Part shown: one piece after another, positions 10,400-19,999 of the stretch
Position numbering within the stretch: position 1 is the stretch's first letter
How the letters are laid out: every line of letters starts with the position of its first letter
Notes under the pieces: model-generated
What the model was told of the DNA's origin: nothing
What the model saw: only the letters and a program-made list of their open reading frames with translations
The model's database searches: none
Position numbers and translations under genes: made by a program
Assembly (NCBI RefSeq): GCF_000143415.4
Contig: NW_003314277.1
Coordinates: 1,749,185 to 1,813,184 of the forward strand
DNA from: Selaginella moellendorffii
Lineage: Eukaryota; Plantae; Lycopodiophyta
Direction: 5' to 3'
Length of the DNA stretch: 64,000 bases

Positions 10400-12550
10400 A
10401 AAACCAAGAGAATCAATGTTAAGGCCTGGTTGGGCACAGTTTGGATATGTGTTTCAACCAGGCAAACACGTGGAAACTAAAACAAAAAGAATCTTAATTA
10501 ATAAAAAGGGTTAGTTGTTAGTTTGTTTGAAACAATGTTACTTGCACTTTCTAAAGTGCCTGCCTCTTGATTGATGTTGTAGAAGGAAGAGCAGTGTCAA
10601 TATAGACCAAAAGAGTCATACCTTCAACATTCATAAATATCAAATTTGGCAGATCTTTTATATCCCTTAAAGAATGATTATATAATGTTTATGCATATCA
10701 TGGCTTGAACAAGTTCAATAGATCATCAGATAACTTAAAGAACTCAATGATATGGATGCACCTCATGTAAATTCCACATGGCAACCAGCAAGATATGTCT
10801 TTCCCAAGAGATGGTGCAAAAACACATTGTAGACTTTGCTTGTGCCACGTGTTAGAAATATTTAATATGTCAATATACTCCATACACTTGAATATTATAG
10901 AACCACACCACACACTTATAGAGTTTATGTCAAAAGTGCTCAATGTGCTAGAAGATAGGGAGGTTAGTGGTGATGAATATGCATAATAAAATATTAGGGG
11001 CAAAATTGGCTTCTTGTCGACATCCAGTGAATAAAATTCCTACCTTAAGGACCCTAATAAGATACTATATCATTCTCTATTGCATTATGTTTAGGAGCAT
11101 TGTACTTCTAATGTGTCTAGGCTGACCAAATCTGTGTACAGCCCACATGTATATGTTGAAAATTGCATGTGTTTATTTGGTGGTTGACAACTCACAAACG
11201 ACTATATAATGAGTTGCCCCATATATTAAAGCATGAATGTAAAATTCATATGATATAAGTTGTAGTATGCTACCATAGAGAATGTTTAAGTCTTGGACAA
11301 TTACAACAAAATTTACTCATAGTCCAGATGGCATAGTATGTAAGGCTCCACATTAGTGTAAATCCATCTTTGAATTCTAAACATATGCTTCTACTATAGC
11401 CTTGTGAGATCATGCATTGCCAATGCTTCACAAACTTCCTATCAACAGAATTTATATCCTATTGTTCAACAACTAAAGCATGACTTGATGGTACTCTAGT
11501 TTGCACTAACACAATTCATAACTAGATTAGTCCAAACCGAACTCAATACCTCTTTTGTTGGTACTTTGCCGTATACACCCCACCACATTGTACACCACCA
11601 ATACGCATATATTTGTATAATGTTTGCTTTATAATTTGGAGGTAGATTGTTAGATATCCTGTAGTTTTCATCTCAAGAATTTTGAGGTGTAATTAGGTGG
11701 CAACTAGACTAGCAAATCCTCTTGTTTACAATAATTTGCTGCACGTTTCATGTAGCAACACTTGGTTTTAGTGTCACTCTTGTTTAGTATTTTTGAATAA
11801 TTCAATTGATCGATAATTATAAATATGTTTATAATTTATAAATCAAGATTAATATTATTGCATTAGAATAAATAAAAATATAATAGAAAGTGTTTAGGAA
11901 AGTTTTAAAATTATAAACATGTTTGTAAATTATAAATACAAAATAATCTAAATAAATAGCAATCGTTAGATGGTAAAATATCCTAGAATATCCAAGTATA
12001 TCCTAGGTATATCCACTACCACCTCTACAAATTTTGCTTAAGCATTCAAATTTTTTTCTTATGGGTGTAACATTGTCTTCACTTCTTCCACACTAGAACC
12101 ACGTTTGGAAGCAAAACTGAAGGAGGACAAAACGTTATTTACCTCCTCACCTAGCATATCACATACAATTTATGTGATATGCTATTTATAAATTTAGCTA
12201 TTTGAGCTTACTCATTTTGAATCTCCTTTGCTCTTCCATACTCTAGCTTTTGGACTCAACTAAACTATAAACAGGACCAAATATGCCACTGCGACCAATA
12301 TGCTTTATATCTTGACCCTAATCTAAGACAGCTTCAAATCTAGAACACATGAGGAAGAAATCATGATTGATAGATGATATGAAATGGTTTCCATTATGGA
12401 TACCCATCTAAGAGTCATCTATGTATATTAGAAGTTGACAATTGGAACCCTTCTAGCTATTGAAGTGAATGAGCTCTGGAACAGTGCAGTGATTCACCCT
12501 GCCCTTGAGCAGGCAATTTGATTGGATGTGATATGGTGTTTCAATTGATA
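10400..12550. mobile_element. Probable degraded transposon remnant, class not determined
   Basis: AT-rich, CpG-poor 2-kb block with fragmented ORFs in a region where other intergenic gaps are short. No diagnostic motif was confirmed. Confidence 0.25.
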
Positions 12551-12719
12551 TATTTTCATGTGAAAAGTCACAAAGTAATATTAACTTAATATACCATTTA
12601 TTTTGTAGTCCATTTCTTTAAAAATTGTATTTTTTAATTTTTAATTTGTAAAATTTCAAGAGAAATTTATTACAGATTAAACTTAATATTCTTTTTATTA
12701 ATAAAGAATTAATAAAAAC

Positions 12720-13268
12720 TCACTCAGCTGGAGGAGGCGATTTTTTCCTAGGAGGGGGAGGACTTTTCTTCTTCCCCAATGGAGGGGCATTTGGTTTTGG
12801 TGATGGAATAGGGGATCCTGGAGAATCAGGGAATGGTGAAGGAATATCAGGGAATGGTGAAGAATCACTTGGAGTGCCTGGTAAATCTTCACTTGGTGGT
12901 TCAGCTGCGCCACCGCCACCACCACCACCACCACTACCACCACAAATAGAAGTTCCCCTATCTGGATCATCTCCACAAGTAGTACCCATACAAGCTAATT
13001 TTCCCAAGCATTGATCGTTATTGGAACAACTATCATTACAATTTCCAAGCTTGCCATTATCACCACCATCATCTTTTGGTGGTCCATCCTTTCGACTTCC
13101 ACCACAAATATGAGTTCGCAGGTCTGGGTCATCAGCACATTTGTGATGCATACATGCAATCTTATTATCACAATCTTCATCCTTTTTGCAGGATTGCCCA
13201 CATTTTTTTGCTTCTATAGCAGAGAAATACATAAGAAAGACCATACAAAAAACTTTACTAATACTCAT
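12720..13268 (-). CDS. Secreted Cys-rich protein: signal peptide + two kissper repeats + Gly linker + Pro-rich/extensin-like tail (paralog of 9228-9758)
   Basis: CGQSCKKDEDCDNKIACMHHKCADDPDLRTHICGG and CNDSCSNNDQCLGKLACMGTTCGDDPDRGTSICGG; tail KKKSPPPPRKKSPPP; TATA-like element at ~13324-13332. Confidence 0.82.
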   Translation of the reverse strand: MSISKVFCMVFLMYFSAIEAKKCGQSCKKDEDCDNKIACMHHKCADDPDLRTHICGGSRKDGPPKDDGGDNGKLGNCNDSCSNNDQCLGKLACMGTTCGDDPDRGTSICGGSGGGGGGGGAAEPPSEDLPGTPSDSSPFPDIPSPFPDSPGSPIPSPKPNAPPLGKKKSPPPPRKKSPPPAE

Positions 13269-13474
13269 AATTAGAAACTATTGAAAGAAAGAGGGGATGA
13301 GTAAACACTTCTAAAATCCAGCCTTATATATAACATTTATTCTGTTTTTTACAAATTCGACAACAATCCCAGCTGTAAAGTTTGGCAGTGTCCAAAACTA
13401 AATTCTAGCGGGCTGTGAACTAGCTCTAGATACATCCTATGATTAATTAATTTTTAATAAAGCAATTTACATAG

Positions 13475-14234
13475 TTAAATAGACACTCTTTCTGAATGGT
13501 AGTGTGCTATAAAGTGAGCTCTCAAGTCATCTTCCTTGGCTCCAGAATGAGAGTGAACCATTTCACCATTTTTAAAGAATCTAAATGTTGGCACAGCACG
13601 AATCTTCCATTTCCTCATCAAAGCCTGTTTAGTATACGCATCATTCTAGCAATTAGAATACGTAAGTAGAAAGTCTTACTCGTGTTTCACTGTCATAGTC
13701 CCCATTTATCTTCAAGAACACAGCATCAGGATAATCCTCACTCAACTTGACAAGCTTGGGAAATATGAACTTGCAAGGTCCACAAGTCTTGGTTGAGATA
13801 TCAAGAACAACCTATGATCGAAAGCTTGTGATAAATAAGAGAGAGAGAGGGAGAGAGAGTAGTAGTAAGAACATGAACTTACAAGCTTATCTCGCACAGT
13901 CCTGATGAACTCCTCGAGCTCGGAGGCTACAATCACCAAAGGTAAAAACAATATCAACTAGAGAAAACTCACCTTGTTCATCAAAGAGCACAACATTTCC
14001 CTGTTTCGTGAATGATTCATCAATGGGGCTTCTGGTGCCGCAAAAACACCTGCCGCTGCTCTCCACAATTCCTTGGGAAGCTCTCTGGCCCCAAATGATG
14101 AGCTGCGGCTGAAGAACCCGAGCCGAATCCCCCAAGATGCCCGCTCGATCACGGTGCCGGAGTGGAGACGAGGGCGACGATGCAAGACGTGGAAGTGCCG
14201 CCAAACAGGGCACCAATGCTGCCGTTGCTGCCAT
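13475..14234 (-). CDS. Plastid thioredoxin-like protein with TCGPC active site (Trx-f/CDSP32-related), 4 exons
   Basis: Transit peptide MAATAALVPC..; VVLDISTKTCGPCKFIFPKLVKLSEDYPDAVFLKINGD; WKIRAVPTFRFFKNGEMVHSHSGAKED. Confidence 0.85.
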
Positions 14235-14545
14235 GGCCACAAGAAACCCCCATGTCTCCACGTGTACGCGTGAATATGCCTCTCCAGATTCTTCGTTATT
14301 CCGGAAGTTCAATGGGTTTAACGTCGTTTGAGCTAAGCTTAGAGCAAGAAAAGAAGGCGCTCCACAAGATCAAATTCCAAGATAGCATGAGGCTTTGAGA
14401 CTTTCAAGAGCGAGCCCAATCCACACATCATAACTTGTGAAGTTAATCTAAAAATGTATTTATTAATGGGCATATTTAGTAAACAAGTGATTTTTTTGTT
14501 TAGTTCCATGGCCTGCTCTCCTTTGCAGCCAAAGCATTGGCATCC

Positions 14546-14827
14546 TTATTGACCTTGATTACCACTACCAGGACAATAAGAAGTTCCAAATTGTGGAATA
14601 TATCCCAAATCTGCCAAAGCATCAATATCAGTTACACATTTAGCATTACATTTCCCAACCATGCAAAAATGAGTGCCTAGATCTGGATCGTCATCGCATA
14701 TACGATCTATACATGCAAGTTTATCATTACAATCGTTATACGCATCGCAGAAATACTCGCATTTTCCTGCTTTAGTAACATAGAAATACATAAAACAAAC
14801 CATTAAAATAAATTTGGTGAAGCTCAT
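14546..14827 (-). CDS. Third kissper-repeat secreted peptide; second repeat degenerate, no Pro tail
   Basis: Signal MSFTKFILMVCFMYFYVTKA; CEYFCDAYNDCNDKLACIDRICDDDPDLGTHFC; the second unit keeps only 3 Cys. Confidence 0.7.
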   Translation of the reverse strand: MSFTKFILMVCFMYFYVTKAGKCEYFCDAYNDCNDKLACIDRICDDDPDLGTHFCMVGKCNAKCVTDIDALADLGYIPQFGTSYCPGSGNQGQ

Positions 14828-15437
14828 CACTTAGACGCATCCAATGATTCCATGTGGAGGCTTTAGATACAACAAGCGGGGATAGGAATTGAAGGCCTGT
14901 TGCTTGCACGATTAGCTCATTATAGCAAACACTGACATTCCTGGCATCTCCACGTAACCATACAAAATTCACGAGTCCTCTCCATGCAACACTTTTACAT
15001 TAGGTGTCTGACTGAAACAGGGAGATAGTATTTTCATACGTTCAAACCTTCATCCATGGGGGAAGAGAAAGACTTATTTTTCTTGAAAGCACCTTACTCT
15101 TTTATCTTGAAAGCTTCCATAATCAGTCGCAACTTAGTTTCCAAAATCTAGCACTGACATCATTGATCTTGTGGTCTACGATGTTCTTTGTGTTGTTTTC
15201 GAAGGCAGTTAACTGGGCATGACTAGGGTCTTCGTGGATCACAGGATCTTTGTCAAAGCAAAATCTACGATAATCAGCACCGCACCTAATCGACTCCAAC
15301 ATATGGCTGCTTTTCAGGACACTCTTGCTGTGCTCCAAGCGAAGTGTACGTAAGAATTTTCACTCCTTTTAAAGTTCTTTCGCTCCAGCTGACTATCTCC
15401 TGCGTTTTCTTTCTCAAACTCGTCTTCCTTGCTCGTC

Positions 15438-17343
15438 ATGATCCTCGCAATCCAGCTGCTGGTTCTGCTCCTCTCGCATGCTGTGCAAGCAACGCAGCAG
15501 CAGCAGCAGCATGTCTTCTCCTCCAATTCACGACCTCCGGAAGTCTGCCTCAACTTAACGCCATCTCCAACTCTGGAAAAGTTCGTCGATCGCCTGCCGA
15601 GACTGCCCACCATATCCTTGGTCCGGTATCCCCGCCTCACTATGGGAGCTTACAAGATCTACCAGGTATTCGACTCCTTCCTGTCACTTCTTCAAACCGT
15701 GATGAGTTTTCTTCCAGAAACTCCACAGGGACTTACCTGCGACTCCCTTGTACGCGTTTGGAACGAGCCAGAGCACGGCATCCTATCCCGGCCCAACGCT
15801 CGTAGCTCGCCAAGGCGTCACCGCGACTGTCCGCTGGGAGAACCACATCCGCGACTACGAACACATGCTTCCAGTGGACAAAACGCTGCAGTGGGTCAAT
15901 CCCCGCCACGGCTTCGTCCCGGTCGTCGTCCACAACCACGGCCAAGAGACCGAAGGATGGTCGGACGGTCACCCCGAGGCCTGGTTCACCGTCACCGGCG
16001 AGCACGGTGACACCTACGTGACGCAAGACTACGTCTACCCGAACGACCAGCGTCCAACCATGCTGTGGTACCACGATCACACCTTGGGCATCACCAGGCT
16101 CAACGTCGCCGCTGGTCTGGCCGGAGCTTACGTGATCGAGCCTTCATCAGAGATGGCGGAGCCGTCGTGGGTGCCGAGAGACTACCACGTCCTAGTCGTC
16201 CAGGACAAGGCCTTCTACGACGATGGCTCCATCAAGTATCCCACCGTGGGCTTGGACCCGGACGTCCATCCGCAGTGGTGCGTCGAGTACCTCGGAGACG
16301 TTGTCCTCGTCAATGGTGTCGTCTGGCCGTTCATGGAGGTTGAGCCAGCCATCTATCGCTTCCGGCTCGTGAACGCTGCGAACGCGCGGACCTTTGTCTT
16401 GGAGACGCGGGGCCAGCGCATGAGCTTCATCAAGATTGGAACCGATGGTGCAATGCTGCACCAGCCGGTCCAGCAGCAGCAAATGCGAGTCGGCCCCGCG
16501 GAGCGAGTGGACTGGCTCTTCGACTTTAGCAGCTTCGAGCCAAGCGACGAGATCGAGCTCTGGAACGTCGGTCAGGCACCGTTTCCAATCGGACCCCCGG
16601 CCAACCAGTCCGTCATGCTCTTCCGCGTCGTCTCACGAGCCCCGGACCGGGGCTCCTCCGGCTCTCATCTCATCCCAACACCGCTGGATCCGTCGCGCTT
16701 CCGCTACATGGCGCCGGTGGATCTCATCGGAGCCACCACCGGCGTCAACCTCTCCTTCGTGCCGTGGGCCGCCATCTACAGCCGGGGCCTGGAGCAGCGC
16801 ATGACCGATCTGGCCTTGTCCCAGGACGACCACCTCCTCTTCGACGATCCGGTCCGCGAGATCATCCGGCTGTACTCCACCGAGGTCTGGTCCTTCATCA
16901 ACTTCGTCCCGGTGGCTCACTTCATGCATCTCCACCTCGTCAACTTCTTTGTCCTGGAGCAGCAGCCATTTGATCCCGACCGTGTGGCGAACGGGTCCTG
17001 TACCTTCGGCTCGCCGTTCGGACGTCCGGAGAGCTGCTACACGGCCTACCCAACGGGGCCGGACGAGGACCAAGTGGGATTCAAGGACACCACCGTGTCG
17101 CTGCCGTTTTACGTCACCCAGATCTTTGTCAGGTTTGCTCCCAACCTTTTGCCGCGGTACCGGATCGATCCCACTGCTTATCCCGGCTACACTCACCACT
17201 GCCACCTTCTGGAGCACGAAGACAACGAGATGATGCGACCGATGCTCATGTCCCGCACCACTACACTCTATCCGAACGAGTCGTTCCCTCTGGACCAAGA
17301 CATCTTCTTCCTCACCATCACCAACTGGACTGTCTTCTACTAA
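15438..17343 (+). CDS. Multicopper oxidase, LPR1/LPR2 (CotA/bilirubin-oxidase-like) family; one intron at ~15666-15717
   Basis: Signal peptide; LEKFVDRLP, LTMGAYKI, YAFGTS..ASYPGPT; copper ligands HNHG, WYHDH, HFMHLH and HCHLLEHEDNEMMRP. Confidence 0.9.
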
Positions 17344-17443
17344 AGTTGTCGCGGAGGAACGCCCCGCTTTCTAGAATAACTATTATAACGAAGGTAAACA
17401 AGTACCTGATCACGGTGCTTCCTTGATTCAAGAAGCTCGACCT

Positions 17444-19945
17444 CTAGACTTCCCTGCCGCTCAGAATGTTGGAAAGCAATACGTAAGAAGCTCCATGCTG
17501 ACCTTGCTCAATCGTAGTCACTTGTCCGGCGGCATGGGTACCTCTGTCCGTATCCCCATACATTCCACACGCACCAAGCAGCGTGCTCCAAGCCAAAGAG
17601 TTTGGCTGGTACGGCATCCTGTTGATAAGCTCGTGAGCATTTTCTAGCCAGCCCGCTCGGCCCAGAAGGTCAATGACGCAGACGTAGTGCTGGATTGCGG
17701 GAAGCAAATTGTGATCTCTGGTGATTGAGTTGAACAGGTCGCAAGCTTGCTCGACGCTCCCGGCATGGCTGCAGGCATGAAGAACAAAGATAAATGTGTC
17801 GTTGTCTGGCTTGAGGCCTTGGTGAATCATGCACCGAAAAGACTCCAGTACCTGATAGGCGTGTCCTTGTTCTGCGTAAGCTCTGAGCAGGGAGTTCCAG
17901 CAAAGTTCGCTCCATTGAAGTTCTTCGAACACATCTCTTGTGCGATGCAGGTTGCCAGTCCTTGCATACGTGTTCATCAGCGCTGCCGCAATGAGAGGAT
18001 CTACCGTCAGTTCAGCTGAGGTTGAAATAAGCTCGTGAAGCCTCTTGCCTTGTATGAAGCTACAATTGCATCCAAGCAAGCTGATGAAAGTTACACTGTT
18101 GGGCTTGATGCCTTCCAACTGCATCCTTTGAAAGAGAAGCCAGGCCTCTTCAACTCCAGTCTCGTTGTTCATGCACGCTGTTACCATTGCAGTCCAGGAC
18201 ACCACGTTCTTATTCTTCAGGGCGTTGAAAACGTCTGTAGCAGCAGTTACATTTCCAAATCTGCCATAGAGTTCGATCAGAGACAACACTGCAACATCAT
18301 CGAGCTCATAACCAACGTTCATAAATCGCTGTAAGAACATCTCACCTTGTTGCAGAGTTGTGGATGCAGCAAACATGGCAGTGAATGTGTTCTTGTCTGG
18401 TTTGACACCTTCAAGATCCATTTTGACGAACCAGGAAGCTGCCTCCAAATCACTGTGGCACGCAATCACAGCATTCCATGAAACGGTGTCTCTTAAATCC
18501 AATGATTCAAATACTCGCCTTGAGTCCTCCAAGCTATCACAATTTGCGTACATACTCACGATGGCGGTTCCTAAAACGGTGTCTAGGCCGACCTTGGAAG
18601 CTGAAATACGCTCGTGAACAGCTTTAGCATTCCCAAGAACAGCCAAAGAAGAGCACGCATCAACAATACCCAGGAAAGTTACGACGTTGGGCTTGATGCC
18701 TTCCAAGTCCATTTCATAAAGTAAGTGAAGGGCCTGAAGGTCAAAACCATGTTGAACGTAGCCTGCTATCATCGTGTTCCAGGACGCAGCGTTCCAACGG
18801 TTTAACCTGTAAAAAAGAGACTCAGCATCAGCCAGCTTTCCACAATCACAAAGGGAGGTCATCAAAGCAGTACCTAGGAATAAATCATGAGAAATCTCAC
18901 CCTCTTGTGCTACCCGCTCGTAAATATGTTCCACGATTCGAAGCGCTTGCGTAGAACAGCAACCTCCAAGGACACTGATCAGAGTTACTCCAGACGGTTT
19001 CAAGCCTTCAAGTTGAAGCATCCCAAAAATCTCCAGAACTTTCGTGAGATCAGCTCGTTGAGCATGCGCTGCTAGAATGGAGTTCCACGAAACCAAACTC
19101 ATCTTCACATCAACTCTTTGGAAAAGTTCCCAGGCAGAGCCAAGACGTCCACATTTGCTGTACATGTTGACGAGTGCAGCAGCCAAGAAGCTATCCGCAA
19201 CCAATCCACTGCAAGTTATCTGTTCGTGGATCACAGTGCCCTGTTCTGAAAGCTCTGGCCTCGAGCAAGCTCCCACTACGCAGGTAAAGCTCACTACATT
19301 GGCTGCCACACCTTCCAGTAGCATCTTTTGAAAGAACTCCAGAGTTTGCCGGCCAGTTTTCTCGTGTTTAGCGTAAGCTGCGAGCATCGAGTTCCAGCAA
19401 ACCAAATCTTTCTCATGGAAACTCTCGAACACCCTTCTCGCATTTTCCAAGCTGCCGCAGCTGGCATACAGATTGAGCAAAGAAGTGAGCACGGCTGCAT
19501 CGAGAGAAGAAGGAAAACAAGAACCGCTTACCAAAAGGTTCTCCACTTGTCGGCCTTCTTCCAGATATCTCAGCTCGGAACAAGCCTTTAGAACACCCAG
19601 ATACGCCACTCTATCCGGCCGGATGCCTTCTAGCAGCATTCTTCTAAACAGCTCCAGCGTGAGCTCGCTCAATCCATTCTCTGTGCACGCGTCCATGAGG
19701 ATCGTCCACGAGAAGACGTTCCTGTCCTTTATTCTCTGGAACACCGCCATGGCCTCTTCCACATACCCGCATTTTCCATACATCTGGACGAGGAGATTAC
19801 CTAGATATGTGTCTTGATCGATGCCGAGGCGCTGGAGCTCTCTGTGAGCCGCTCTTCCAGCGGCGCAATCTTCCGATGCTCCGCAGCGCTTGATTAGCTG
19901 CGCGTAGAAGCTCCAGGAATTGCCGCCCAGCGGCAAAGCTTGCAT
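17444..19945 (-). CDS. PLS-class pentatricopeptide repeat protein with E domain (no DYW)
   Basis: Intronless 833-aa ORF with repeated LVxMYxKCG / SWNxMI / M..EG.KP..VTF units; ends HYVCVIDLLGRAGWL..AWSTLLGAC..SYVLLSNI. Confidence 0.93.
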   Translation of the reverse strand: MQALPLGGNSWSFYAQLIKRCGASEDCAAGRAAHRELQRLGIDQDTYLGNLLVQMYGKCGYVEEAMAVFQRIKDRNVFSWTILMDACTENGLSELTLELFRRMLLEGIRPDRVAYLGVLKACSELRYLEEGRQVENLLVSGSCFPSSLDAAVLTSLLNLYASCGSLENARRVFESFHEKDLVCWNSMLAAYAKHEKTGRQTLEFFQKMLLEGVAANVVSFTCVVGACSRPELSEQGTVIHEQITCSGLVADSFLAAALVNMYSKCGRLGSAWELFQRVDVKMSLVSWNSILAAHAQRADLTKVLEIFGMLQLEGLKPSGVTLISVLGGCCSTQALRIVEHIYERVAQEGEISHDLFLGTALMTSLCDCGKLADAESLFYRLNRWNAASWNTMIAGYVQHGFDLQALHLLYEMDLEGIKPNVVTFLGIVDACSSLAVLGNAKAVHERISASKVGLDTVLGTAIVSMYANCDSLEDSRRVFESLDLRDTVSWNAVIACHSDLEAASWFVKMDLEGVKPDKNTFTAMFAASTTLQQGEMFLQRFMNVGYELDDVAVLSLIELYGRFGNVTAATDVFNALKNKNVVSWTAMVTACMNNETGVEEAWLLFQRMQLEGIKPNSVTFISLLGCNCSFIQGKRLHELISTSAELTVDPLIAAALMNTYARTGNLHRTRDVFEELQWSELCWNSLLRAYAEQGHAYQVLESFRCMIHQGLKPDNDTFIFVLHACSHAGSVEQACDLFNSITRDHNLLPAIQHYVCVIDLLGRAGWLENAHELINRMPYQPNSLAWSTLLGACGMYGDTDRGTHAAGQVTTIEQGQHGASYVLLSNILSGREV

Positions 19946-19999
19946 GGCTCTCTCAAGAACCCTAAAATAAAGAAAATAAGGGTTTTGGAGCTCGGAGCT

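Noticed and set aside
13475-14234. Functional link between the thioredoxin and the flanking disulfide-rich kissper genes
   Set aside because: Predicted compartments differ (plastid versus secretory pathway), so adjacency is probably coincidental.
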